Positions 32,752-49,520 are shown, counted from the stretch's first letter. The stretch is 64,000 nucleotides of DNA from the human T2T-CHM13v2.0 reference genome, Homo sapiens (GCF_009914755.1 NC_060927.1); one strand, 5' to 3'. The notes: generated by a model not told the origin, from the letters alone. Translations and numbers: made by a program.

Positions 32752-32839
32752 TTGTGGGTGAAACAAGAATCCTGGAGAAGGCCTCAAGTATTTCTCTTTT
32801 AAAGCTTCAAGTGGGTCAGTTAGTTTTCTTTTCTCTACT
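32752..32839 (-). CDS. MECOM: MECOM exon 9 (88 nt), (R)[29 protein letters not shown]
   Basis: Acceptor CCTTTCAG|AGT and donor CAA|GTAAGT; phase matches both neighbours. Confidence 0.95.
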
Positions 32840-35346
32840 CTGAAAGGTTAAAATTAGATTTTGGAGATGAAGCAGTCTCACATATCAATCACTACATAAT
32901 CACTGACATTTAAAGGAACTAACAATAAAGTCAATGGTAGGTTTCTGGGAAGCGCACTCATAAAACTATAGAGACATCTGTCCAGTTCTTGGAGATTCCT
33001 CATGACACTTCTAGGTGCTTAAGAAGAAAAGTTCCTATTTATAATGGAAAAACCCTACTGAATGACTAGGAATAGGAATAACGAGAAAACATGAAAAATA
33101 AGGAGTCACTAAATTAGAGGCATTTGTCATGAATTCAGTACCTTTCCATTCCAAATGTAGACAAGAATGCTTAATGATTTTGAAATCATGAGGTCAAGGC
33201 TGATTTTGAATATTAGAGCAATTTTCTACCAAGAAGGTGTTCTCCCAAATGTGCACTTTATTCCTTCCATATTTGTCAATAATAGTAAGGGCATTTCCAA
33301 GCATATACACTGCTAGCCACTCTTTGAGGTTCTCTCTCTCTCAATATATATTTATATTTAAACATATAGCATAATATATTGATATATAAATATTTTATGT
33401 AAATTATATTTAATATATATTCAGAGAGAGAGAGAGAATATATGCTCTTTGGATGCCACTGCTGATAAAGAAGGCAGGCAGATAGAATGGGTGTGGTGAG
33501 AAGAGAATGGGGAGCTTTCTGAAGATAGAGAGAGACACATAAAACTTACCTATATATCCCTTCTGCTTTAGAAATGTTTGCCATTCTATTTTGTATTAAG
33601 CACATAGGGAAATAATATCCCTATGTTGAATTAATTCATTGAATTAATTTCTTTTACCAACTTGGTAATTAAAAAAACTTTTAGATATGTGCACTCTTAA
33701 AGCAGAATAAAATACCTACCACTTATTGATATTATATATGTGATATATGTGTGTTGCATATACTATTTCACTTTTTGAAGTAGGTGATGTTATATCCATT
33801 TTATGCTTTTTTTTTAAGTCTCAGACATGAGAAGGCTGAGGTTGCAACCCAAGTCTGACACTAAAACTGGATTCTAGGTCTTTCATGAGTTTGGCAAAAT
33901 GACAGGCCTAGGTCTTAATTGAGACAAGCACCAGAGAGATGTTGGAGATCACAGTGAGTAAGAGGAATGCTAGTAGGTGATGAGGATGAGTGCAAGAGAT
34001 ATGTGGAAGAATCAGAAGCCAGTTGCTACTGAGAGGGTACAAAAAGGAAAGCCTGAAAAATTATCTTAACAAAGGACTGAGACACATCATTGAGTTGGAA
34101 ATACGACTTTACCCGAAATGTGTGACATACAATCTACACACAAAACACGGAAGACATGTTTTTCTTTTTTTTCCTTCTCTGGTAACAGGACTGCCAAACT
34201 AATTGAGATATAATAATTTTAAAAAGCAGCCAAACTTGGTACTGACAGCACTGAGTTATTTTGTATTGTCCTTTGATACTACTTTATCATATTCAAACGA
34301 GGGTAGTCCTTTCCATACTGACAGTGTTTCCTTGTTAACGCATTATAGATAATATACATAGAAGAAGAATTGTAAGTGAGAAGAACTTGCAGCTCTAGTA
34401 CCTATTAAGTAATATGAACTTGATAAATATTGTTGAATTAAATAATAGCACATTTTCTCTTCACGAAAGAGAATTAGGCAAAATATGAAAATACTCCGAT
34501 GTTAAATAAGTTCAATAAAAAATTATCCAGATGTTCCATGAACTCTTGACAATGTTCAAGATTAGAATGAGAAAGTAAATGTGAAAATGTTTGTAATATT
34601 CAAAATATGTAACAAACATATTATTATTCATACCCATTTAAAGAAAACTAGTATTTTAAAACTAAATCACTTTGGTCAGGTGAATATTACTGAATATTGC
34701 CAAAAAGGCCTTTTATTAAACTTGTATGTTTCACCCCAAGATTTTTTTGCTACATCAAAGGAAACCGGATAATGAAGCTATTAAACAGAGACATTTTTTA
34801 AGCCAACTACTCATATTATATACAAAACATATTCTGTGATTAATATTTCATTTACTTGGGGGCTCCTGAGAGATTTATTTAGAAACAATATGACCAGCCC
34901 TTATTAAGGATGTGTTGGTAGGTCAAAAAAGAGTGGACTCTTGCTGTTAGATATCCCCCCCATTCCAAAGAACCTGACCCATTTAAGTACCCACGCATAT
35001 TTGCATTAATCCTTCAGGATCCTCATTCTTCCGCCACTTGACAATTTACTTTAAATATGACTTTCCCATATTTTCCACTCCAAAAAAAGTGTTTAAAAAT
35101 AAATTTATTGTCAAGGGAAAAAAATTCTGTAGGCCTATTCCAAACCCCCAACTTCAGAAACATCCAAAAATAAGTTCAAACAGAATGATCCAACTTTCAG
35201 AATAAAAAATGAGTTCACTAGATCAAACAACTTCACTCTGTTTTATAATAATAGTAAAAATGATGTGTTAAAAAGCCATCACTTTACAGTGGAAATACCG
35301 CCTTTCATACATCTGCTCATATTTCGTCATCTTCCATACACGCTTA

Positions 35347-36768
<1,422 letters not shown>

Positions 36769-39700
36769 TCACAATTGGTTTACTCAAAATTTCAATTAGG
36801 AAGCCAGTAAAAGACATTGGAGGCACCAATCTGGGTGCTCCAAACACAGAAAACCCCATTTCACTAGATTCCAAAGCAAGGCAACCAACCTGACAAATGT
36901 CTTGAGGCAGCACAAATATTTCATATATATAGATATATATATCTTGTCACCCCCTTGTGCAATATTTTGCATAATATTTGTGTATTTAAATATTTATGAA
37001 AAGTTAAATTCCATCATGCATTGATTCTCCACACAATTATTATACTAATATAATGTTGAAAATTAGTCTTAAAATGCATTACGTACAAAACACAACAAGA
37101 ACCCCTTTCAAATTTTAGAGTACTTAAAAATTCTATTTTGTAGGCACCAAAACAAAATAAAATATCCTCAACCAGAAACTTCACCTTTATTGCCTCTCCC
37201 CTTGGGGAAAAAGCCTGTGACTGCCCTGCTATTATTTAATTGGTATTATATCATATGCTCTCATCATTCACACATCAAAGCCACACAACAATGCACATTG
37301 TGTATTCTGAGACTTTTTTTAACAATCATTTTCATGATTTGAGAAAGACTGACATAATTTACAATGGCTCTATTTTAAGCCTGCAAAGGAAACTAAATTG
37401 AATGTAGCCCATCCTGCATTGCTGGTTCCCATGAACTATGATCACGTCCTCTGACTTCCCCTCACACCAGTGGTTGTGCTAACCTTCCTGCATTTATGAA
37501 AACCCCGTCCTTGGGAAACATGTCCACTTGTTGTCATATCTACACTGGTTATCTCAGGCTTGACTTCTGTGTGTTATAGCCAACTATGCTCAGTAGGGGA
37601 GAGCACTGTGAAAGCTCTAATCCAGAAAGAAGGGCACAGCATTGGATGCAGCTGTGAAATATGCCTCTTTGCTAAGAATTTGTCAATAAAGTAGAATCTT
37701 CCTCCTCACACATGTGCCACTATAGCCAAGTATATTTTAAGACCAAACTTTGTAACCCTTAATAACTCCTTTACCAGGTAAGAATCACTCACTTCACTGT
37801 CCAGCAGTATTACAGTATCAGTACCCTGAGCATCACATTTTTTATTTTACTTTACGGGATTGAGCCACGTTATGTGTGAGCTTATTTTAACACTTCTGTG
37901 CATGTTCAATACATGCAGAAACAAGATGTACCTTGTTGGTAATTGTTGAAGCAAATTTATTTTAAGAAATTAAATTGAAGACAAAATGCAACAGTTATTG
38001 CTTTCATATGATGGCTGCCTTTAAGTGCAGAATGATTGTGCTTCTAAGTCAAAGCAATAATAATTAAAAAAAAAAACTCATGTCAAGGAGATTTTATAGA
38101 CTTTCAGTCAAGCAAAACTCACCCAGAGCTTGGATTATCCCACATACATCCAAACAGGAAGTACCAAGTAAGGGTATATCTCTTTCTTTTACTACTAAAG
38201 GTTAAAGTGTATTGTTGCATATATCAAAGTGTTTGGTAATATTAAAGGTGCCTTCAATTGTGGGATGAATCACAACGTTACAGAGGCTGTAACATGCATT
38301 TTAATGGGAATAGAAGATGTGGGTGATATCTTTTCAAATTATTTTACCAGAATATATCGACCAGAGTCAGCTTTAAAAGTATATACAATTTAACCATACA
38401 CCATAAATATACATCTAATTTAAACTGTTTGATACACTAATTAAAATCAAATAATGGAGAAGGTAGAAACATCAGATGTTTACTAGATATATTAGAATAA
38501 TTTATAGCTACAAGCAATAACAATATTTTATTATTGGAATTATAAAAAGTAAGAAAGCAACACCTCTTAAAAGGCATTGAAAAAATGTCTTGATGAGTAT
38601 TCAACCAAGACATAAGTTTTTCAAAGACTTGTCATTTTTTGGCAAGGAAATGTTGCTCTCTACACTTCTTTCTTACAATCAGATGGCTTAAAAAAAAAAA
38701 ATCAAGAGCTTCTCTCTATTGGAGTAACAGAAGTTCAGCTGACTTTTCTGGTGGCACCCGTTGTTACATGGCTGAGTGCTGTCTGTGTCTGGGCTCAAGA
38801 ACATCGAATCTGGGATGTTTTCTTAGGCAGAGGCTTTGTTTTCGGCACTTGAAGGCCTGGCCTGGCATACCACAAACTACCAGGCCTCCAGGTAAACTGG
38901 TTCAATTGATGTTGAAGTTTATACTCTACTGTAATTTTCTCAGTAATAAGGAATTAGCCAGCAGTTAACATTGCATTTTTCTACTTATTAAACAAATTAA
39001 GAGGCATTTTGAATATATTCAGCCTATTAGAGCATGTGGTTTCTATTTGGGAAAGCTGTAGGTTTCTGTAAAGGCAGTGAGTAATTACCTTAGCACTGGT
39101 GACTTTGGGCTCAAGCGTGGCAGCACACTGTAATAAGAGACAGTTGCCATAAACACACCAGTGGGGGTAAATCGTGGTGTGTGGCCTTCTGGTGAGAAAC
39201 AGATATCAGCCCTAGGTGAACCTCCTCCACTCAAGTCTCCACACCATTTCCTGATCTTTAATCTCTTTTGTTCTGAAATTACATGGCTATTATTCATAAT
39301 TACTCCATGGTTCTCTGGCAGATTTTAAATTTGAAGAATGCCATCTGCTATTTAAATTTACCAATAATTACTGAAAATACATTCAAGGGAAATACTTTAT
39401 GCAATCTGATTGGAAAGGGACACCCTATGGCACTTTAAAGTGAAACACTTGTCTTCAACACAATTAAAATTCCAGATCCCAGAATCTTCGATAGCAGAAG
39501 TCTATATTTTCTGACTTTTATTTTAAATAATAGAGAAAGCATTAAATGAGTGATCAGAATTCCTTGTGGTTTATTCTAGTTTTTTCTCACATCAAAACAT
39601 AATAAAACTTACCAAAATTTATTTCTGAGGAATCAGAAATAAATGAACTATTTAATATCGTATGCCTGTAGTACTTCCAAGTACATTTTCAGGGCATTAA

Positions 39701-40961
39701 GACTTAAGAGTCAGGAATGCCTTTTTGCGACAAGAAGTCTAAAATTTCTATTGAATGCTTTATTTCCCGTGACCTTCAATAGAGCTTCCCCAAGGGAGAT
39801 GAGAGCACCCTTTTTTAATCTGCTAGTCCTCTTCACCCGGGGAACAGAAGAGCATATGAGCAAAACAGGACTCTAGTGTAAGCTGGAAAAGGAAAGAAAA
39901 GCTATTTTGGTGCTTGGACACACAAAAGAAAGCTGTGTCGAGGCAAAGGAGAGTTAGTCTCTGGCATCTCCATGTTGGCACTGAAAAATAGTTTTTTCCA
40001 TCAGGTCCTGTAGTAGTGTCTCATATACCTACTACAAACCAAAGTCAGAGGTCTTGCCAAGTGCTGAGTATGCTTCAACCAATTCTATGTGTATCTGGGT
40101 CCAAAATCAGTCTTGACGTTTGTAGCACAACTCAATAAGTCATTGTATTTATATGCCCCGCCAAGCAATGGATTAAAAGAAGCCCAGATTTTTTGCCCAG
40201 GTAGACTAAGAACAACTGATTTTACTTATAAAATGTTTGAGCACAATACAGAGAATAGGAGTGGGCGGAGAGAAGAAAAAGCAAATGAGAGCTGAGTTTT
40301 ATTGTATTTGAAGGATGTTACTACAGTGCTCTGTACAGGGATGTTCTAAGTAGGTGGTCAGATCAGATGTCCCCTAAAAGCACACTGCCTATAAACTTGC
40401 TTTGGTGCAGTGGGTAAGAGAAACAGCATGTCCAGCATCTAAGTGAAAATGTTCTGCTTTTCTTCAAGTAACAGAGAACTACAGATCCGACAGCCTGTGA
40501 TCGGCAACAATGGGTAGATTAAAAAGCATTTCATCCCCCTCGCTCTCTCCACACACATATACTCACATACATGCACACAGAGCCGTAAGCCTACTTCCCA
40601 GGTGGGCTTCTTCCAGCTCTTTCTGATCCAGAACAGGTTTTTAATCACTTCATCTTGTTTAGTGATGGCTGCTATTTGCTGCTTTACAAAGCCATGAACA
40701 TTTACAATATGAGACAAATCTGATTGTCCTGATTAAATCCTACAACCTGTGGAGGTTTCCCTTTGATTATCTAATGAATTTTCTTTTCTCTACCTGTTAT
40801 TGATTTCTTCTGAAAGAAAACACCCCAGGAATCAAGGACAAAATACCATGGATCTGATTATAAAAGATTTACTTGTAATCATAAATAGCCCTACTGGATT
40901 GGACCATAAATAGCTAACACGGTGACCCTCTAAAGGCCATGTGCAGCCACTCTCCTGGTCA

Positions 40962-41177
<216 letters not shown>

Positions 41178-42544
41178 CTAGGAAATGAGTACTGATTAAT
41201 CAAGAAACTTAACTCAAGGGCACAATAAAGAAGACCCGGGATGACTCAAGAAGAAATTTTTCTTATTTGTTTTGTTTTTCTTTTCCCCAAAGACCAAAAG
41301 TGTACTCTCCTCTAATTTCCAAAATGTACTCTCCTCTAGGGTAGGAACTGTAAATTATTCTGCTCTATATCCTTAGCATGGTGTATCCACTGGTATCAGT
41401 TGAACCAAATAATGAATGGCACTATTAGGCCATATTCAAGGCCTTTTTGATACCATTTAGAGTGACTTGAGTTGAATAATAAAATGCTGGTTAAGCCATT
41501 ATTAAAACTGGTGTGCTATTTTCACCCTTTAAATAAAGACACATTGTGTACAAAAATTTGGAGGATTTTGACTAACTACATTAAATCTATTTAAAGAGTT
41601 TCCCTAGGGCGTAAAATTCTAACACTCTTTCAGTGAGTTACTAGCAAGCTAAAACCATTCCTTTAGACATTGTACTAAAAACAAAAATAAAAAAGCCACC
41701 CAACACATCTGAGAGCAAAACATCCCTAAAGAAATTTCAAATGTATTTTTTAATTTTTATGAGAAAAAAACATACAAAATTTTAATGTGCATAGAACAAG
41801 GTAATCACAGGAGAATGACTACCCAGTAACCTGGTGGGGTACAGAAATTTCCATTGGCATGAAAAAAAAAAAGCTATTAAAATGCTAGGAAATGTGTTTT
41901 GGAAATAGAAAGCAACTTTAATGACACCAGGACATCTTTGAGTTAATCAAGAAACATGAAATTAAAAGAAGTGAATTACTTTTACCATAGTTCACAGTTA
42001 TGGTCTAAGTTGAGTACTTCCATATCATCCCTATGTTGTTCAGCACTGACAGAGGCTCTATACATTTTAATTAGAACCAAGTCATAATTTATGGTGAGCC
42101 CTTGGTTGGAAAAATCTGCAAATATAAGAGTCACCCATTCTTTCTGAATAGGCATTCAGAAATTTTATGTGACTTCCTCACAAATTGCTATTAAAAGAAA
42201 TCAGTAACATGAATTGGATAAAATTTTCATTCTCCGCAAGGCCATAAAACAACTCCACACTGGCAAATCAGTAGCGGAACCAGGAATTTACCAAGGATGT
42301 CTGACACCTAGTTCTGGAACTCACCATTAAGCCTCACTTCCTCCCTTACAAAAATAAAAGGATACCCACTAAGTGTTTTTATACACTCTACTAATGCCTT
42401 TTAGCATACAACACTCAGTGTACTTTTCTCAAGATATTTATAGTTTCCCCTCTGAAGGCTTGTTTTTATATATCGTAGCAAGTGATGGATTAAGAGAGAG
42501 CAGGATGACATAGAGAGGCCAAGTAGCCTACAAATTCACTGTAC

Positions 42545-42692
42545 CTTGGCACAGTTTTCACATTCATAGTGCTTTCCACTGTCATGTGACATCTGGTGGC
42601 GAATTAAATTGGACTTCCAGTTAAATGCCTTGGGACACTGATCACACTTGTATTCCCTCTCTTCAGTATGTGACAGCATGTGTTTCTCCAGG
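42545..42692 (-). CDS. MECOM: MECOM exon 6 (148 nt), end of ZF2, ZF3, start of ZF4
   Basis: Acceptor CTTAACAG|CCT and donor AAG|GTACAG; encodes [36 protein letters not shown]...CENCAK. Confidence 0.96.
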
Positions 42693-43036
42693 CTGTTAAG
42701 AGAACAATAGATTTTAAAAGACAAAGGATGCATTCATAAACGGAACAACATTTTATTGTTAATCCAACTGGTAATTAAAGAAACAAGAAGGAAAAGGAGT
42801 TGAACTGAGAAGGAGGGAAGAGCAGAAACAGGCTTGTGACAGACAAAAGTGCATTTTATATTTCCTGGACTGTGTCTCCTGGACTGTGTCACCAATATGA
42901 AGATGTGTTCTTGTTGTTAGAAAATAAATCTGATACAGCTGGCAGGGATTATCTGCCAATTTAAAAGCATGATAAACAACAAGCTATTTGTCCAGTTTTG
43001 GATTCACTACACAATTCTAACAACAACACGTATTGC

Positions 43037-43147
43037 TAATACTCACTTAATTGAAACACAATTAAGTGAGTATTAAGCTCACAATTAAGTGAGTAGTCAA
43101 TTAAGTGAGTATTAAGCTCACTTGTGAGCTTAATACTCACTTAACTG
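43037..43147. repeat. Nested inverted/direct repeat of a 17-bp unit (taatactcacttaattg)
   Basis: Five copies: forward at 43037 and 43131, reverse at 43059, 43082 (14 bp) and 43098. Confidence 0.95.
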
Positions 43148-43217
43148 AAACACAAACACTCAAACAGAAAATGCTTAAAAGTATTCTGTCTAATGTATAT
43201 AATCTCTAGTGAATCTA

Positions 43218-43290
43218 GGATGGACAGATGGATGGATGGATGGACTGATGCATGGATATATGCATGGATGTGTGTGTGTGTGTGTGTGTG
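43218..43290. repeat. (GGAT)n imperfect plus (TG)11 microsatellite
   Basis: Directly visible in the sequence. Confidence 0.9.
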
Positions 43291-43559
43291 TATCATATAT
43301 ATATATTACATAATATATAAAACCTAAGAATTGGGGAGCAAAAAAGTGTGTAATATTTTAAGTGGATGCAACATTTAAGTCCCCTAAAAGAAAAACATGA
43401 TTAGAAGTTTCTCACAAGCATAGTTTCTCTGTTTTAAAGTTTAAATTGTTTTATCTTCTCAAATGTTTGCCCCCATTTTCTAAAATTTGTATATGAAATC
43501 TGCATGAATATAATGAAAAGCAAATATTATAGATAATGGATTATGTGATAGAAGATGTC

Positions 43560-44785
43560 TGCAACACCTTTATTGATTAAATACATAACACACTGGGATA
43601 CTACCCCCAAATAAAGTAACCAGAGCTCCGTGGTAAAATAGCTTATTTCAAATCTGAACTATGAAATTCACAAGATGGCCCTTGAACATCTTGTTATGAC
43701 AAAAGGCAAGCAATTTATAGATAATATCCAAAAAATTAGGGTTCCAACTTGAAGAGATGCCCACTGACCAAAGGTGGGGCAAGTGAAGCATCAATAAGAA
43801 CAGCAACTCTTTTATCAATAAAGATATTCAAAACACAAACAGAACCCCAATGGTCTCCCAAGGAAGATGCAGGAAAGCCAAATCATTATTCCTAAAACTG
43901 GTAAATAAAGGGAAAATATTTGTGCACATATCTGCTTTTCCTATGTAAACTGCACTTTGGGGTAAACAAATAGGCTATGAAGGGAAGGTTCTCTACGCGA
44001 AATTAATCCAGGTAATAAATGATGAAACAATGATAGAGTTAGAGTACATTCGTTTTGAAGCTCCTAAAGAATTAATGAATCTAGGCAATCCATTATGTGA
44101 CTTCGGGTAGAAATAAATGGCACCATCAATGAAATCTTCTTGGTGAAACACTGAGCGTAAATCCCAGCAAAGGCTTGGGATGTAACTACAAGTCTATAGG
44201 AAATTAGAGGGGATAGAGAAAGATGTTAACACCACAATGATATAAACAGCAGAATCCAACTCAGTTTCTTCTATAATTTTCTATAAATAAATTGTAATAA
44301 GAGAAAGAAGGTGGTGGAGAGAGAGACAGACAGAGACAGAAAGAGACAGAGAGAGACACAGAGAGAAAGAGACTGCCCTCTGGGGGAGCCTTTAGATTCA
44401 AATAGTCATAACAGACTTGTCAATCAATTGCTATATGTGGACTTTATTTTGATCTTTATTCAAACAAAACAGTAAACTTTATAACTGAGGAAATTTGTGC
44501 TCTTACTGAATATTTGATAATATTAAGAAATTATTTTTAATGTGGTATTGAACTTATGTTTTTAAGGAGTCCTTACTTTCTATAGACACATACTGAACTA
44601 TTTTTGAATAAGATGATATACTGTCCAGAATTTGTTTCAAATAATTCAAAGCAGGTATAATGACAAGATTGGCTTCATGTGATAATTATTAAAGCTGAAC
44701 ATATGGGATTTTAAAAATCCTATCCGCTCTCTAGTTTTGTGTATATTTGAAGCGCTCCACAATAAAAAACTTATTTAGAAAAGAA
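43560..44785 (+). mobile_element. Old L1 (L1MC-like) 3' region containing a (GA/GACA)n tract at about 44317-44371
   Basis: Resembles an L1MC 3' UTR (atgtggactttattttgatc...atttgataatattaagaaattatt...ccacaataaaaa). Confidence 0.55.
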
Positions 44786-47594
44786 AAAGTACCAACCATG
44801 AAAGCATTCTTTTATTTTCTTTTATTTCTTTGTGTGATGAATGCTATAAATATCAGTACCAATTAAGACCTTTGTGCACCTAGAATAAATTATCCAGTGG
44901 TCATACAGACTGTGTGACTGGGAGTATATGTAAGAAAATGAAGTGCCCATTCTCATATCTTGATAAATTAGAAATGCATTTCCTAATTTTCTCTTTCTCA
45001 GCTTCCTCCCCACAACTCTATTCGTACTGGCACAAGAACTCATTTTTCCTGCCCCATGAATCAATTGAGTTGGAAATGCTATTCTGAGCACAGGTGGTGA
45101 TACCTCTGTGAACAAAAGGTACTAGGAGAGTACAGGTGTGTGGAGTCATAAGAAAGGCCCTAACTTTATCTACGATATGTAATCCTCTGTTTGTTACAGA
45201 GTGGAATGTTAATAAAAGAGTTAAGACAGAGATACCAACAACTGTCGTTAACATTGAAATGAGTCAGGGACATCCTCCAAAATCACTGTACAGATTGCAA
45301 TTCTCACTGTCCGTCCCTAGCAACCCATACAGGCAAGCCATTTTATGATATATATTCTACTATGCTATATATCAAATCATAAACCCTGAAATCTAGTGGC
45401 AAAAGCTTGGCCTATATGTTGAGTTTTATTCCTCCCCCTAATTCCAAGGATATGGTTTAATTTTAAGAGTATATTATGAACATGTAGGTGTAAAAAGATA
45501 ACAAAGCAAAAGGAATTTTCCCTTCTTTGTTTCTAATCGGGCAGAAACTCCATATTGTTCCATAGTATTATTAGCTTCCAGCTAATCAGTAATAAAAAGC
45601 ACAAAAAAGCAAGTCATTTTCACAAAAGTAAATGTGCATTGCTTTCATAAACATAGAAGCAATGCAGTCAGTCAGTGAGACTTCTCTGCTTTTCGTGGAA
45701 TTTTATCTCAATCTATAGAGCCTTGATCAGACTTTTGAGTTCTTTTCAGTTCTTTTCACCTTTTGCACATTGACCTTTGTTTCTTTCTTGCTCCTATTTT
45801 TTTGTTTGCATTCTTTTCTCAAGATTTTACATAAAGGATAGACAGCAGAAGAACAGATCAAATCCAGAAAGTAATTTTTGTCATTTAAAGCATAAAGTGA
45901 CAACATAGCATTCAATAAAGGAAAAAATATTCAGAAAATAAAGGTTCTGAATGTGGCTAGATCATATAATTTATAACCAAAAATACCAGTTGGAGGATTA
46001 GCATTCAATTGCATAGTGACATGCTTTATCCATATGGCTGGACTACCAAAATATAAATGTTGAGAATTCATGCAATGACAGATAATTAGATTTCCTTATT
46101 GTTTTCTACTAAATGTTTGACTGAATCAACTAAACTAACAGTTGGTTTCAGCATTAGATAGAGTTGACTCAGGCTTAATCTTACAGCTAGGCAGATTAAG
46201 AGGCTTTCTCCACCCAAGAAGTATTGCTGTACACTCTTAGTAGAAAGTAAGAATTACATTTTAGTGTTTAGTTGGTCAATTTTTGCTTTATAATGCCGTT
46301 CATTATTTTTTATAACACAACTGAAGGAAATGGACTTTATTTCTGACACCAGAGATATTACTTTACAGTTTAAATATTTTTTCCTACTCATTTGTATTTG
46401 TTAGCTTCATTTTTTTTAAATTTGGGCACAATTATATTAAAGGGACATGCTGTGGCTTTTTTATTACAAATCCACACTTTACTAAACATACATAATTGAT
46501 TTATTCTCTATGAAGATTTATATGAAGTGGCAGAGGTGAGTTTAAAAAGTTCTGGGAAAGCCCTCTTGTTCGGTAAAATGTTTACTCTCTAATAGCTAAA
46601 TTAGTCCTAAATTTTCAAAGCTAGATACTTATCCTTTCTATTCAGTCTTCTCAACAGAAAGGATTATGCTTAATGCCTTTTAGTCATTTATGCCTTAAAA
46701 TGAACTACTAGATGAAATCCTTTCCTAAAAGAGGCGTAACCAGGAGAAGAGGATATAGGGCTAAACATGAGGTGAAAATGAGAGGAAGAAAAGGATCCAG
46801 GAAAGAAGGAAAGGAAACAAAAGGGTAAACTGAAGTTGGACTGTCAAAGACAAAATCTGAGTAATTCCCATTCTTGAGTAAGGCCATTTGATATACTACC
46901 ATTCCCATTTAAATATAATGTGATGTTCATTTAAAATTCTGATTACAAGTTTCAAGGATAATTTCCAGATTTAAAAGCAAAATAGTGAATACAATTATTA
47001 AAATTATTTGTGGACCAAGGCAAAAATCATTAGGTAGAAACAAACAAAAAAACCCATTAACTGTTCTAAACTGTTCTAATCTTAAAGACCATTCTGTAGT
47101 ACAATTAGTATATACTTTTCAAAAAGTAGGTTCTAGTGTTGTTATCAGCAATTTTAAAAAGTTATAGAATAAAATTCAAAAGGCTATAAAAAGTTAATAT
47201 GTCACTGAAATATAATTTTTATTGTGTTAAAAATAAGTGTTAAAGAATTACTTCATTTACGTTATTGTGTTTCTCTTTTTCCTTTTAGGAAATTCAACAC
47301 TTTGGGAAATCAAACATGCTTCTCTTATTCTTTTATATATATGTAATTTAGATCAATTGTTGAAATTAAATCCATGAATTACTGCTCTATCAAAAGATCA
47401 TTTACCTGTCATTAAGTGAATACCAGATCTAGTCCTTTAAAAAATCATCTGAATGTTCCTAGGGGTAGCTTTATTGTTTCTTGACATATGATTACTTTAA
47501 TTTGTTCCAGCACTATATTTTCTCTAAATCACAATTTACTATAAAGTTAAGCCTTCAGTTTTTAATAACACTACTTAATAATAATATAACATTA

Positions 47595-48038
<444 letters not shown>

Positions 48039-49004
48039 TCAGGTGTTAGGATTGGGTGGTCAGGAATTGCCATCACAAACCAGCCAATCTTACCAAATTT
48101 TACAAGACATAATAGGTATTATTTGATTGTCATTTCTATCTTGTCAATTTTAATCTGGATTAGAAATATCATATGTAAAGAACCAAGGACAGAGACTGGA
48201 ACAATAACATAAGCAATGGCTGTGACTAGAGTATATTCCTCCTGATCAGTAAAACTTTTTGACTAAACCTTTTCAGGTCCAGAGAATACTAAAAATAATA
48301 AATACGACTTACTGAGCATCATATATTTTCTCAACCCTGTATGTGGATTACTGACATTCCTTAAAACCTGATTATGAGGAATTGTAAGTCAGATTTTTAT
48401 CCTGGTTTTCAGATGAGAATTTCAGGTTCACAGAAGTCAAATGTAAACAGTCAGGGAGTATAGAGCTATGTGGCTGTATAAGGTTTTGAAACCATTTCTA
48501 TTCCATACACTTCTTATTATGCCAGTGCCATATTATCTGGAAAGAACATGGGACACAGAGTCCCTATCTGAGCCATGTTTAACCTGGTTAATGTCAGCAA
48601 ACTTGGAAATAGTTTAACATTCATCATCACTAATAATGGGACACAGGATGTTTTTAGTACCCTTCTAGGCTAATTTATGTTACCCCAGGGTCAGTGCTAA
48701 TTGTCATAGCTTTGTTAAATAGAAAACATATCATTAATTTGCACTTTAAATCAATAAGATAAATAAATGGTAGTAGTGTGGTATAGAGATAACAAGGTTA
48801 TAAAATGTCAGGTAGTGATGGCATTGTTTCTATTTTTGTCTTTTGAATAGCTTTCAGCCCACTCATAAAGCCACACTCCGCACAGATCACACAGATACAA
48901 TCACAGAAGTCTTGAAAACAGCTCACACTGCTAAAAAATACCCACGGCAAACAATATGACACATAATCCCTCTTTTATAGACCTATGGCCAAGGAAGATG
49001 TTAC

Positions 49005-49520
49005 TCTTCAATTGTTCATTGACTGAATGTTTTGGGGGGAATACTTTAGTCCAAGAATTCTTTTAGTCAAGTATTCTTTTTCTGAAAAGAGGTTCAGAAA
49101 AGGCTCTGTAATGAGTAAGAATCAGCCAGGTGAAGTGGAAGGAGGGGGCACATTTCGGGAAATGGGAAGAGACAGAGGCAAAAAAGAACATGGCACATCC
49201 ACAGAAAGGTAGAGCTGTAGTAAAGTATGGTAGGTTCACAGAGCACATGTAAGGGAGGAGTGGAAAATGAAGCTGGAGGGGGTGCAGCTCACCAGGGGCT
49301 TTATAAGTCTATGCTAAGAAGGAAAACAGCCATTGAAAGTGGGAAAGCAGGGATATATTCAGACTTGGTTTTTAGAAGAATTTTCCCAGTTTCAGTATGA
49401 GAAGTCAAGCAGAGAGACCAAGTGAGACACTGCTGCAGAAATCCACATAAGATGCTGGTTTAGTTTATACTAAACCAGTAACAGTGGTAACAGAAATCTT
49501 TGGATTTAGAGGGTCGAGAG
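49005..49520 (-). mobile_element. L2 LINE fragment (approximate)
   Basis: Purine-rich L2-like text starting at ttcattgactgaatgttt. Confidence 0.45.

Noticed and set aside
43037-43147. CRISPR-like array or annotated pre-miRNA interpretation
   Set aside because: The context is eukaryotic, orientations are mixed and there are no unique spacers. The stems are short and near-perfect with tiny loops and match no miRNA I recognise.
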